Assembly: GCA_036679605.1 (NCBI GenBank)
Contig: JAZDCZ010000289.1
Location: forward strand, 76,153-140,152
Direction: 5' to 3'
From: Gemmatimonadota bacterium
GTDB taxonomy: Bacteria; Gemmatimonadota; Gemmatimonadetes; Gemmatimonadales; GWC2-71-9
DNA length: 64,000 bases
Under the pieces are notes generated by a model, which worked only from the letters and a program-made list of their open reading frames with translations, made no database searches and was not told the DNA's origin. A program made the translations under genes and the position numbers. Shown here piece by piece: positions 20,042 through 29,188 of the stretch. Position 1 is the stretch's first letter, and each line of letters begins with the position of its first letter.

Positions 20042-21103
20042 ATGGAGCGTAGCTCTTGGCTTCGATGGACGACTGCCGGCCTGATGACGGCGACTGGTGT
20101 GTTCCTAGTTGCTGCCTGTACTTCGGATCAAGATAATTCTGCGCCAGAAGCAGATACACCAGTTGCAAATGCAGTGCGCCTCTATGTAGTTGACCGGCAC
20201 GAAGGCGTTTTCCGTCTTGATCCGGCGACGTTGGAACCGATCGATACGATCGATACGGGTCCGCGACCGCACGGACTCGTAGCGTCGCCTGACGGCCGTA
20301 CCCTCTATATCACCGTGGAGACGAGTAGCGAACTTCTCAAAGTAGATGTGGCAACCCACGAGATCATTGGTCGGGTAGGTGTCGGTCCGATCCCCAACGA
20401 ACCCACGTTGAGTCGGGATGGAAAGTATGCGTTCGTTCCACAGCGAGCTGCCGACAAGACAGCAGTGGTCGATACCGATGTCATGAAAGTCGTAAAGCTC
20501 CTGCCTGCCGGAGACGCTCAGCACAATGCGTATACCTCCGCCAACGGCGAGCATGTCTATGTCACGTCGATGGGAGATGAACTCATTTCGGTCATCGATC
20601 CTACTGCGCAGGAAATCCTTCGACAGATTCCAGTCGGCGGAATTCCTCGGCCTTTGGCACTCACTGCCGACGACTCTCTCGCATACCTGGCGTTGTCGGG
20701 TCTTACGGGTTTTGTGACGTTGGATCTACGTGCCGGTGCGGTAGTAAATCGCCTCGAGTTGCCCGTCCCGGATGGCACGCCTGTCCCGCACCTCGATACC
20801 TACACGCATGGCATGTTGCTGACCCCCGACGACCGTGAACTCTGGATCGCAACTTATGCCACTGACAAGGTCTACGGGTTCTTGATGCCCGAGGTCAAAC
20901 AGTTTGCAGAGATCTCCACAGAGGGCGGGCCATTTTGGTTTGCATTGCATCCAGATGGAGAGCCACTCTATCTAACTCTGGAAACGGCAGGTTCTGTCGT
21001 CGCGATTAGTAGGGGCACCAGAGAAGTGATCAGAAGAGAGAAAGTCGGCAGGGCTCCCACACGAATCCTCGCTTTTCGTACACCCGTTCAAGATCGTAGA
21101 TGA
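20042..21103 (+). CDS. YncE/YVTN-type beta-propeller lipoprotein
   Basis: Lipobox VAAC; repeated G..P....SPDG..LY blades. Confidence 0.85.
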   Translation: MERSSWLRWTTAGLMTATGVFLVAACTSDQDNSAPEADTPVANAVRLYVVDRHEGVFRLDPATLEPIDTIDTGPRPHGLVASPDGRTLYITVETSSELLKVDVATHEIIGRVGVGPIPNEPTLSRDGKYAFVPQRAADKTAVVDTDVMKVVKLLPAGDAQHNAYTSANGEHVYVTSMGDELISVIDPTAQEILRQIPVGGIPRPLALTADDSLAYLALSGLTGFVTLDLRAGAVVNRLELPVPDGTPVPHLDTYTHGMLLTPDDRELWIATYATDKVYGFLMPEVKQFAEISTEGGPFWFALHPDGEPLYLTLETAGSVVAISRGTREVIRREKVGRAPTRILAFRTPVQDRR

Positions 21104-22668
21104 AGGCAGACGATCTCCCACTGTACTACAATGCCGTCGAGATTCTGGAGCGAAACCTAGAATCCCGATCGGACAAGGTCGCTCTTTACACCGATACGCG
21201 CACGTTGACCTTTCGTGAGGTGTCCGATGAGGTAAACCGCGTAGGCAACGCCCTCAAGAAGCTCGATGTCCGGATGGGAGAATGCGTTGGTCTCGGGGCA
21301 CCTGACAGCGCCGAATGGGTCACCTGCTTCTTTGGTGTAATGAAAATCGGAGCCGTGACCGTCTGTATGAACACGCTGCTGAAGCCAGACGATTTTCGCT
21401 TCATGCTTGCCGACAGCCGGGTTCGGGTTCTGTTGGTACATGCTGACTTGCTTGATTCTATTGGCACCATACTGCCACAGCTCCCTGACCTAAAGGATGT
21501 CGTGGTAATTGGAGGTTCCAACAATTCAGCAAACTACGAGTACGATGAGTGGATCAAAGGCGAATCTACGAATTTAAATTCTGCGCGGACCCACAGAGAG
21601 GATTTCGGCACGCTCAACTACTCCAGTGGTACGACGGGCAAGCCGAAGGGAATATTTCACGCACATAAAGACTACGTGATTACGGCAGAGCTTTGGGCAC
21701 TAGGTGTACTTGGTTTGCGGACGGAGGACCGCACATTCTCGAACGCCAAGTTGTTCTTCGTCTACGGGTTGGGTGGCAATCTCCTTTTCCCATGGCAAGT
21801 GGGTGCGGGCGCCATACTGTTCTCCGGCTCCGCAAGGGACACGGACAGAGTTCTCGGCGTCATCGATCGCTTCAAACCGACGATAGTCTTCAACGTCCCC
21901 ACGGGATACGCTGCGGCGCTAGCCGTACCCGATCTCACTGAGAAATACGACATTTCATCCGTACGCCTCTGCGTTTCCGCGGGGGAGTCTCTACCGGCAG
22001 CAATCTGGCACCAGTGGAAGGAAAAAACGGGAATCACTATTCTCGATGGCATAGGATCGACCGAGAACTTCCACATCTTTATCTCGAACTCCCCTGATGA
22101 CGTATGTCCGGGGAGTAGCGGCAAGCCAGTACCTGGCTACGAGGTGAAGATAGTAGACGACACCGGCGTCGCGGTAACAGGTGGTGAGATAGGAAACCTA
22201 ATGGTCAAGGGCGAGACGGCAGCAGTATGGTATTTACATCAGTACCATCGGACGCGGCTGACTTTCCAGGGCGAGTGGCTGCACACGGGAGACAAGTACT
22301 ACGAAGACGGTGATGGATATTTTTGGCATGCCGGCCGCGCCGATGACATGCTCAAGGTCGGAGGTATCTGGGTATCACCTGTAGAGGTGGAGAATACCCT
22401 CGTTGCCCACCCGGCTGTCGCGGAGTGTGCAGTCGTTGGGGCACGGGATAAATCGAATCTAGTTAAACCCAAAGCATGGGTTGTGTTGGCCGAGGAGTTC
22501 GAGCCATCGGAAGATCTGGCACAGGAACTGATCAGTCACTGCACCGAAGAAATTGCCGCGTTCAAGAGACCTCGATGGGTGGCGTTTACGGAGGATCTAC
22601 CTAAGACGGCGACTGGCAAGATTCAGCGCTTCAAATTGCGTCAGGTTAGCGAAGATATTGGACAATGA
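21100..22668 (+). CDS. benzoate-CoA ligase family
   Basis: YSSGTTGKPKG, SAGESLP, DGIGSTE, GRADDMLKVGG, LPKTATGKIQRFKLR. Confidence 0.93.
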   Translation: MKADDLPLYYNAVEILERNLESRSDKVALYTDTRTLTFREVSDEVNRVGNALKKLDVRMGECVGLGAPDSAEWVTCFFGVMKIGAVTVCMNTLLKPDDFRFMLADSRVRVLLVHADLLDSIGTILPQLPDLKDVVVIGGSNNSANYEYDEWIKGESTNLNSARTHREDFGTLNYSSGTTGKPKGIFHAHKDYVITAELWALGVLGLRTEDRTFSNAKLFFVYGLGGNLLFPWQVGAGAILFSGSARDTDRVLGVIDRFKPTIVFNVPTGYAAALAVPDLTEKYDISSVRLCVSAGESLPAAIWHQWKEKTGITILDGIGSTENFHIFISNSPDDVCPGSSGKPVPGYEVKIVDDTGVAVTGGEIGNLMVKGETAAVWYLHQYHRTRLTFQGEWLHTGDKYYEDGDGYFWHAGRADDMLKVGGIWVSPVEVENTLVAHPAVAECAVVGARDKSNLVKPKAWVVLAEEFEPSEDLAQELISHCTEEIAAFKRPRWVAFTEDLPKTATGKIQRFKLRQVSEDIGQ

Positions 22669-23750
22669 TTGATATTCCGGTGGGGGAGGGGGACACGCGC
22701 ACAATCGCCGAGCGGTGGGAAGAGATTCTTGCCCGAACTCCGGTAGCCTCGGAAGACGGTGAGTCCATAGGTGTTTCCCGAGAAGGACGCGACATACGGG
22801 CATTCCGATTTGGTCGCGGCCGACTGCGCGTGAGCATATTGGCTGGTTGCCACGCCGACGAACCCATCGGTCCTCGAATGCTGGGCCATTTGTGCTCCTA
22901 TCTATCCACGCTGTCGCCCAATGATCCTCTGATCGAGGCATACGATTGGTGGATCATTCCCCATATCAACCCCGATGGTGAGGTGAGAAATCGAGAGTGG
23001 TATGGAGCCACCGACTCAGCGTACGACTTGGTCACATACCTGTCGCACGTGGTGCGCGAACTCCCAGGAGAGGACGTGGAATTCGGTTTCCCCCGGGACC
23101 AGCTTGATCTGGACGCCCGGCCCGAGACTCGTGCTGCCGTTGAGTGGTGGAGACAGTCTGCCGCGCCGTTCAATCTGCATCTTTCTCTCCACAGCACGGG
23201 CTTCGCCGCCGGTCCCTGGTTTCTTGTTGAGGAAGCGTGGTCGGATCGGTGTGATCTCCTAAAGGAACTCTGTACCGTACGGGTGGAGGAATTGGGATAC
23301 ACTCTGCATGACGTGGAACGCCTGGGCGAAAAAGGGTTCTTTCGCTTGGGGAGAGGGTTTTGTACACGTCCGGACTCTCGGTACATGAGACAATACTTTG
23401 TCGACCAGGGAGACGAGAGTACTGCACGGCTCTTCCGACCAAGCTCAATGGAAATCATGCGCTCTTTGGGTGGTGATCCACTTACACTCGTTTCGGAAAT
23501 GCCATTGTTCATCACTCCCGGAGTGGGTGATACGTTAGGACCTCCGGATCCGGTGGCGGTGGATTTCAAGGCTGCGATCAGTCGTTGGAAGGTGATGCTC
23601 CGAGAGGGTGACTCCGGCGAAATCGTCGCGCGTGAGATCGCTGAGCGTGGACTGAGAGCAATGCCCGTGCTGGACCAGATGATTCTTCAGCTCACTCTTA
23701 TCGGCGCGGGAATCGCCCAGGTCGAGTCTCTCCCACTAGACAGTCGTTAG
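22665..23750 (+). CDS. M14 family zinc carboxypeptidase-like protein
   Basis: GCHADEP (HxxE), INPDG, RPE and SLH motifs. Confidence 0.85.
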   Translation: MIDIPVGEGDTRTIAERWEEILARTPVASEDGESIGVSREGRDIRAFRFGRGRLRVSILAGCHADEPIGPRMLGHLCSYLSTLSPNDPLIEAYDWWIIPHINPDGEVRNREWYGATDSAYDLVTYLSHVVRELPGEDVEFGFPRDQLDLDARPETRAAVEWWRQSAAPFNLHLSLHSTGFAAGPWFLVEEAWSDRCDLLKELCTVRVEELGYTLHDVERLGEKGFFRLGRGFCTRPDSRYMRQYFVDQGDESTARLFRPSSMEIMRSLGGDPLTLVSEMPLFITPGVGDTLGPPDPVAVDFKAAISRWKVMLREGDSGEIVAREIAERGLRAMPVLDQMILQLTLIGAGIAQVESLPLDSR

Positions 23751-23752
23751 GT

Positions 23753-24178
23753 CTACTGGATTCCTCTGCGTGTGGAATCGCGGCGGGCAATTTGGAACGT
23801 GACGGACCACTCTCCAGTGAAATCCCAAAGCTCCGCTCCGGGGCGTTGGACTATTGAGAGCGCTGAGATGTTTTCGGTGACGCACTGTGCCAAATCCTCG
23901 CTGCCGGTAGAGTTTTCGGTTATCTCCGGAGTGAGCGTGCCACCGACACCGTGAAGCTTGACTCTTAGAGTGCCCTCGGTGTCTCGGTTTTTCCTCAGAG
24001 CCCGTACATAGCACGCCTCGAATCTCGGGTCCAGCGGGGCAAGCTGGCGCTCCAGGTAATCAGAATCTACTGAACCCTCCACGGTCAATTGACCGAACTG
24101 GACTGTGCCGAACGGTGTCCCGCCACCGCAAGCCACGGATATCAGGGCTGCCGTTGCTGTCCAGAGAATCTTGCGCAT
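23753..24178 (-). CDS. small lipoprotein with TonB-C/AgmX-like domain
   Basis: Lipobox SVAC; FEACY..AL......EG...V and L.QCV pattern. Confidence 0.6.
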   Translation of the reverse strand: MRKILWTATAALISVACGGGTPFGTVQFGQLTVEGSVDSDYLERQLAPLDPRFEACYVRALRKNRDTEGTLRVKLHGVGGTLTPEITENSTGSEDLAQCVTENISALSIVQRPGAELWDFTGEWSVTFQIARRDSTRRGIQ

Positions 24179-24246
24179 GGTCTTGCCACCTCCGGTGCTC
24201 GGAATGGATTCTTCTTGTGATTCAGGACAAACATCGCTATAATACC

Positions 24247-24285
24247 ATATTAGTATTGTCTAATATCGTAGTTAGTATCATCTAA
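24247..24285. promoter_or_regulatory. two TTAG-N6-CTAA palindromes (DtxR/MntR-like operator)
   Basis: ATATTAG-TATTGT-CTAATAT at 24247-24266 and TTAG-TATCAT-CTAA at 24272-24285, in an AT-rich divergent intergenic region. Confidence 0.5.
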
Positions 24286-24302
24286 TCACTGGAGACGCTT
24301 CG

Positions 24303-25145
24303 ATGTCCGCCGCCTACCGGGCACTCTGTGCCGTTGCCGTTCTAGCTGGATTCTCCGTGTCACCCGTTCTTGGTCAGATTAATAGGGACGTCGCCAAGTC
24401 GGCCCTCGTGACCGACCGCCCTGATCAGACCGAATCCAGTGCAGTTGTGGGCCGCGGACTCATCCAGGTGGAGGTGGGTTGGTCGTTTTCCGAACAAGAT
24501 GAGCGTGGAGTGCGGCTGAGAAGTCATGCGGCCCCCCAAGCATTGTTCCGCGTTGGGATTTTGGACGGGCTAGAAGGGAGATTCGGATTCGCCGGATGGA
24601 TCCGAGAAGAATTGCTCGGATCCATTGACCCAGCCGGTCCCAGTTCGAACACTAGTAGTGGTTTCGGTGACATCGACATCGGGTTCAAGTATCGCTTGGG
24701 AGATCATGCGGGAACGGGCCCCGATTGGGCCTTCCTGGGTGGCGCCAAGCTGCCCACTGGTAAAGATGGATTGGGCAGCGAGCGAGTTGATCCGAATTTC
24801 CGACTCAGTTTCGCCTACGATCTGGCCGACCGAGTATCGCTAGGGTCTAACGTGGGTGCCCTGTGGACGAGTAGTGCTACGGTGCTAGGTACGGAGACAC
24901 TGGTCGATTTCTTGTACACACTCGCCTTGGGGTTTTCCGTTTCCGAACGCGTCGGTGCATTTTGGGAATCGTTCGGGTTCGTTGCGTTGGAAGAAGCGGG
25001 ATCATCCCGTCATTCGATGGATGGCGGACTGACATTTCTCGTGAACTTCGACGTGCAGTTCGACGTAAGTGGTGGTGTGGGCCTCAATGATGCAGCCGAT
25101 GACTGGTTCGTCGGTGCTGGGCTCTCCATTAGGATAGGAAGCTAG
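24303..25145 (+). CDS. outer-membrane beta-barrel transporter (MetA-pathway/phenol-degradation porin family)
   Basis: Signal peptide, TDRPDQTES, GFGDIDIGFKY, PTG, C-terminal WFVGAGLSIR. Confidence 0.85.
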   Translation: MSAAYRALCAVAVLAGFSVSPVLGQINRDVAKSALVTDRPDQTESSAVVGRGLIQVEVGWSFSEQDERGVRLRSHAAPQALFRVGILDGLEGRFGFAGWIREELLGSIDPAGPSSNTSSGFGDIDIGFKYRLGDHAGTGPDWAFLGGAKLPTGKDGLGSERVDPNFRLSFAYDLADRVSLGSNVGALWTSSATVLGTETLVDFLYTLALGFSVSERVGAFWESFGFVALEEAGSSRHSMDGGLTFLVNFDVQFDVSGGVGLNDAADDWFVGAGLSIRIGS

Positions 25146-25184
25146 AGGAGTGTGGGGCAACTTGTGCGTCTCCCCACACCCCTC
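25145..25184. terminator. hairpin between convergent genes
   Basis: GAGGAGTGTGGGG ... CCCCACACCCCTC inverted repeat. Confidence 0.5.
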
Positions 25185-25190
25185 GAACAC

Positions 25191-25580
25191 TTATTTCTTG
25201 TGACTTAGAGTCCACACATATGCGGCAACTGCCTTGACCTGGGCATCGGTCAGAGCGCCACTACCCCTAGGAGGCATGACTGCCCCCGTTTCTGACTGCG
25301 TTCCCTCCATGATTGCCTTGACGATGGCTTCATATCCACCATCTCCCTTTACCCAGTCTTTGTCTGTCAGGTTTGCACCCAAGTTGGGCACACCTTTCGC
25401 ATCTGGACCATGACACGCAAAACAGGTACCAGCGCCTGCAAATAGAGTTGCGCCCTCGGAGATCATTTTTTCTGTAACACCTTTAGGTAATGCTTCTGTC
25501 TTGGCTTGGGCTGAAACCAGTGACGGCACTGTCAACACAGCGCCCAAAGTCAACGGCAACCAAAATTTCTTGACGTTCAC
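25191..25580 (-). CDS. monoheme cytochrome c
   Basis: Signal peptide, CFACH heme motif, GANLTDKDW, distal MPP. Start placed at GTG 25580. Confidence 0.9.
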   Translation of the reverse strand: MNVKKFWLPLTLGAVLTVPSLVSAQAKTEALPKGVTEKMISEGATLFAGAGTCFACHGPDAKGVPNLGANLTDKDWVKGDGGYEAIVKAIMEGTQSETGAVMPPRGSGALTDAQVKAVAAYVWTLSHKK

Positions 25581-25703
25581 GTGCTGGACCTCACTTGGAT
25601 AGAAAAATTCTGCAACTAGTAGGGCCGTTTCCAAACGGCGCGTCCGAAAAGATCTGAATTAGTGAGAGCAAGATATCTAGTCGAATACACTTCTCGCCAG
25701 TCT

Positions 25704-27113
25704 CTAGCTCGATGAGCAGGCCGCTCGCTTCTCGGCGGCCAGGGGCAGGCAGATCTTGATTGCCAATCCGCCCAATCTGCTGCGCTCCGCCTCTATGGTG
25801 CCGCCATGGGCCGAAAGGATCGTGGACGCAATTGTAAGTCCTAGGCCGACTCCTCCTGTCCGAGATCTGGCCGCGTCGGCCCGGTAAAGCCTTTCGAACA
25901 GATACGGTAGATCGTCGTCGGGGATTCCCGGTCCATCATCCTCTACCGCGATCAACAGTCTTTCTTGCCCGCCACTCACGGAGACTTCGACTTTCGTTCC
26001 CGGGGATGTGTGAGTAATTGCATTGTCGAGCAGGTGATTCACAACTAGCCGCATCATCTTTGCGTCTGCCCATGCAACGGTGTCTAAGTCGGAATCTTGC
26101 CTAAACTCGATCGAATGTTCCTTCGTCCGTGACTGGGCTCGGCTCACGGCTTCTGCTATGATTTGCGAGACGTCGGTGGGTATGCAACTTGGGCTCAGTT
26201 CTCCTGCCTCGAGGCGGGCAAGCAGGATCAAAGCCTCACTAATGGAATTGAGATGCTCGACCTCCTCAAGGCAGCTCTCCAGTACCATGCGGTACTGCTG
26301 CGGATCCCGCTCGCCTCTCAACGCGACCTCCAATTCACCCCGCATTGCGGTGAGCGGTGTCCGAATATCATGCCCAAGATCAGCGATGATTCGTTGCTGA
26401 GTTTGGAATACTCCGTCCAGTCGCTCGAGCATATTGTTCAACACTGCGACTAGTCCCTCGAACTCTGTCACGTGTGCTTGGGCCGTGATTCGCTGTCCGG
26501 GCGCTCCAGGCGTAATGGCCTGGGCCTGCCGGGTGACGACGGCTATGGGATACACGGCAGATCCTGCCAGCCAGGCGGCACCCACAAGAGTAGCAATCGT
26601 ACCGAAGATCACTGTTCCGAGCATGAGCAAGAAGACGGCTCGGTCCGCTCTCCTCAGAGGATCGAGCGACGCGGCGACCTGAAGAACCGCAAATCCGGGA
26701 CGACTGTTTCTTGGCGTGGGGACGTACAAGGAACGAATACGGCGGTCTTTCCACGTCTGCGTTGCCCAAGAGATTTCGCCATTGATGGCTTCATCGAAGC
26801 TTGCCTGATCAACAGGAATGCTGGCCCCAAAAGGGGTGTTGGTGGCGGAAGCTCTTCCCAGAGTATCCCGCACTATTACAAAGCGATTGACCCGTTCGAC
26901 GAATTCATCGAGATCAGATGCGGAGTCGAAGGCTATCGGTAGTCGCGCCGCAAGCACTGCGGCTTCTAGTTGCTGCGCCGAGGCCAGGCCAGCATCGAGC
27001 TGGTCGCTAATTCTTCGGTGAGTGCCCAGGAAGGCCCACAAGGCGATCAGGAAGAGCGCCAAAAACATTGTGAGCGAAAACCGCACCGCCAAAGTGCGGC
27101 GCAGCGAATGCAT
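25704..27113 (-). CDS. membrane sensor histidine kinase (HAMP)
   Basis: Two TM segments, HDIRTPL, N-box LLDNA, DDGPGI, GVGLGL. Confidence 0.93.
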   Translation of the reverse strand: MHSLRRTLAVRFSLTMFLALFLIALWAFLGTHRRISDQLDAGLASAQQLEAAVLAARLPIAFDSASDLDEFVERVNRFVIVRDTLGRASATNTPFGASIPVDQASFDEAINGEISWATQTWKDRRIRSLYVPTPRNSRPGFAVLQVAASLDPLRRADRAVFLLMLGTVIFGTIATLVGAAWLAGSAVYPIAVVTRQAQAITPGAPGQRITAQAHVTEFEGLVAVLNNMLERLDGVFQTQQRIIADLGHDIRTPLTAMRGELEVALRGERDPQQYRMVLESCLEEVEHLNSISEALILLARLEAGELSPSCIPTDVSQIIAEAVSRAQSRTKEHSIEFRQDSDLDTVAWADAKMMRLVVNHLLDNAITHTSPGTKVEVSVSGGQERLLIAVEDDGPGIPDDDLPYLFERLYRADAARSRTGGVGLGLTIASTILSAHGGTIEAERSRLGGLAIKICLPLAAEKRAACSSS

Positions 27114-27799
27114 TACGTCTGTAGCTCGTCCGGTTTCTTGAGGCAGAACCCTACGCCACGGACGGTCTGAATGATGTTCTGGCAGTTCGCATCCCGGAGC
27201 TTGCGTCGAAGATTTCCTACGTGAACGTCCACGACATTACTTTCGGGATCGAAATGCATGTCCCAGACCTTTTCCAGTAACTCTGTGCGCCGCACGACGG
27301 CCTCAGCGTTCAGTATGAAATGTTCGAGCAGCTGGAATTCGCGCGGCGTCAGGTCAAGCAACTCGCCCGACGCTCGCGCTTGGTGTTTTATCCGATTCAG
27401 CTCCAGCGTGGCGTAGGAAAGTCGCTCGACTCGAGTGGCACCCCCCCGTCGAATCAAGGCTCTAAGACGGGCGAGAAGTTCGTCGAATCTGAACGGCTTT
27501 GCCAAGTAGTCGTCGGCGCCGGCATCGAGCCCTCGGACGACATCTTCCGTAGTATCCCGTGCCGTTAGCATTAGGATTGGTGTCTGCCGACCTTCTTTTC
27601 TTAGGTCTGCCGCGACTTGCAACCCGTTTCTCTTCGGGAGCATGATGTCCAGCAGAATGGCATCGTAATCGTTGATATGTGCCAGTGTCGTCGCCTCGTC
27701 ACCGTCTTTGGCGACGTCGACAGCGTAGCCCTCTTCGCGAAGGCCCATCTGTATGAAGCCTGCGACCTTCCGGTCGTCTTCTACTACCAGTATCCTCAT
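27113..27799 (-). CDS. OmpR-family response regulator
   Basis: VVEDD, LDIMLP, GADDYLAKPF, LTPREF, TVRGVGF. Confidence 0.96.
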   Translation of the reverse strand: MRILVVEDDRKVAGFIQMGLREEGYAVDVAKDGDEATTLAHINDYDAILLDIMLPKRNGLQVAADLRKEGRQTPILMLTARDTTEDVVRGLDAGADDYLAKPFRFDELLARLRALIRRGGATRVERLSYATLELNRIKHQARASGELLDLTPREFQLLEHFILNAEAVVRRTELLEKVWDMHFDPESNVVDVHVGNLRRKLRDANCQNIIQTVRGVGFCLKKPDELQT

Positions 27800-27869
27800 G
27801 GGTCTAACTGTACCGGACCTGTCGTAAGAGGTTATTTAATCGACTGTGAAGAAGTCTTCATTTACGCCC

Positions 27870-29108
27870 TCAACCATCTATGTATCGTGGCAGGTCCAGT
27901 ATGAATCGAGCACCCTTCCCGGGCTGACTTTCCACGCTCAATTCACCACCCAGTAACCGCGCTAGTTGGCGGGAAAGCGCTAGACCTAGGCCTGTGCCGC
28001 GTTCATGCTGGTCTCCCGCTCGTTCGAACGCCTCGAAAATCGAAGCCTGTACATCGCCGGCAATGCCCTCGCCCTGATCTACTACATCGAACCTTATCGA
28101 TGACTTCTTCGCCCGAACCTGGACCGTAATCGGAGCGCCTTCTGGACTGTGCCGCACCGCGTTCGTGAGAAGGTTGATCAATATCTGCCGTATGCGCTGC
28201 GGATCCGTACGACACGGGACCGTGCCGTCCACTCCAATTGTCTCAATGGTGACGCTCTTACGCTCAGCGGATGGTTCGATGATTCGTAGGGCTTTACTCG
28301 CTATGTCGCTGGCATCTGTATCCCGCACTATCGGACGTAACTTGTCGGCGTCAATCCTGCTGAGGTCCAGTAGATCCTCCAACAGGGCCAATGTGTGTTC
28401 AGCGCATTCGTGCACCTCCAGGGCCGCCCGGGGGGCCGAGTCACCTGTCTTCCGGACCCAAAGATCCGCCCAACCATATACGGCAGTTAGGGCGTTTCGC
28501 AGCTCGTGATTTACCGTGGCGAAGAATCGCTCTCTAGAGGCCTGCAGTTCTTTCAGCTCGGACAGGAGGTGTTCCTCGTGCTCGTACAGTCGAGCATTCT
28601 CTACTGCTACGGCAGCATGTCCTGCCAGGATGACCGCCACCGCTTCATCTTCTGCACTGAACTCCCGAGCACCGACTCTATCGGTGAGGTAGAGGTTGCC
28701 CAGTGGCCCCGCACGCCCCATGATCGGAACGCCAAGAAAGGAGCGCATGTTAGGGTGATGCGCCGGGAAGCCAACGGCTGCTTTGTGGGTTGAAATGTCG
28801 GCGATCCTAAGTGGCTTTGGATCAGCGATCAGAAGTCCGAGTACACCCTTTCCCTCGGGTGGACTGCCGATTGCGGCGTGCAACTCGGGTCCCACCCCGC
28901 TAGTGACGAATCTGTCTACCTCTCGCCCTCCCTCGCGGAGCACGCCGAGCGCCGCGTATGTAGCACCGATCACCTCTCGCGCCGCATCGGTGATTTCTTG
29001 CAGAACAGCGTCTACCTCATGTACTGCGGAGATCCGGATAGCCGCAGCACTCAGTTTTTCGATTCGTGACCACAGGCGTTTGGGGCCGTCGGACGGTTGA
29101 GAGATCAT
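27870..29108 (-). CDS. cytoplasmic GAF-domain histidine kinase
   Basis: GAF (GFPAHHPNMRSFLGVPI, GNLYLT), HELRNAL, NLLTNA, GTGLGL. Confidence 0.92.
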   Translation of the reverse strand: MISQPSDGPKRLWSRIEKLSAAAIRISAVHEVDAVLQEITDAAREVIGATYAALGVLREGGREVDRFVTSGVGPELHAAIGSPPEGKGVLGLLIADPKPLRIADISTHKAAVGFPAHHPNMRSFLGVPIMGRAGPLGNLYLTDRVGAREFSAEDEAVAVILAGHAAVAVENARLYEHEEHLLSELKELQASRERFFATVNHELRNALTAVYGWADLWVRKTGDSAPRAALEVHECAEHTLALLEDLLDLSRIDADKLRPIVRDTDASDIASKALRIIEPSAERKSVTIETIGVDGTVPCRTDPQRIRQILINLLTNAVRHSPEGAPITVQVRAKKSSIRFDVVDQGEGIAGDVQASIFEAFERAGDQHERGTGLGLALSRQLARLLGGELSVESQPGKGARFILDLPRYIDG

Positions 29109-29188
29109 GGGCTCAAACTATAGATCCCTGCGGCATTGAGCTAGTCACGGGAGCCATCGCCGTGTCCATGCCTAGGCTGATCAGCTGC

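Noticed and set aside
22898..23569. 223-aa minus-strand ORF
   Set aside because: Shadow of the M14 peptidase gene.
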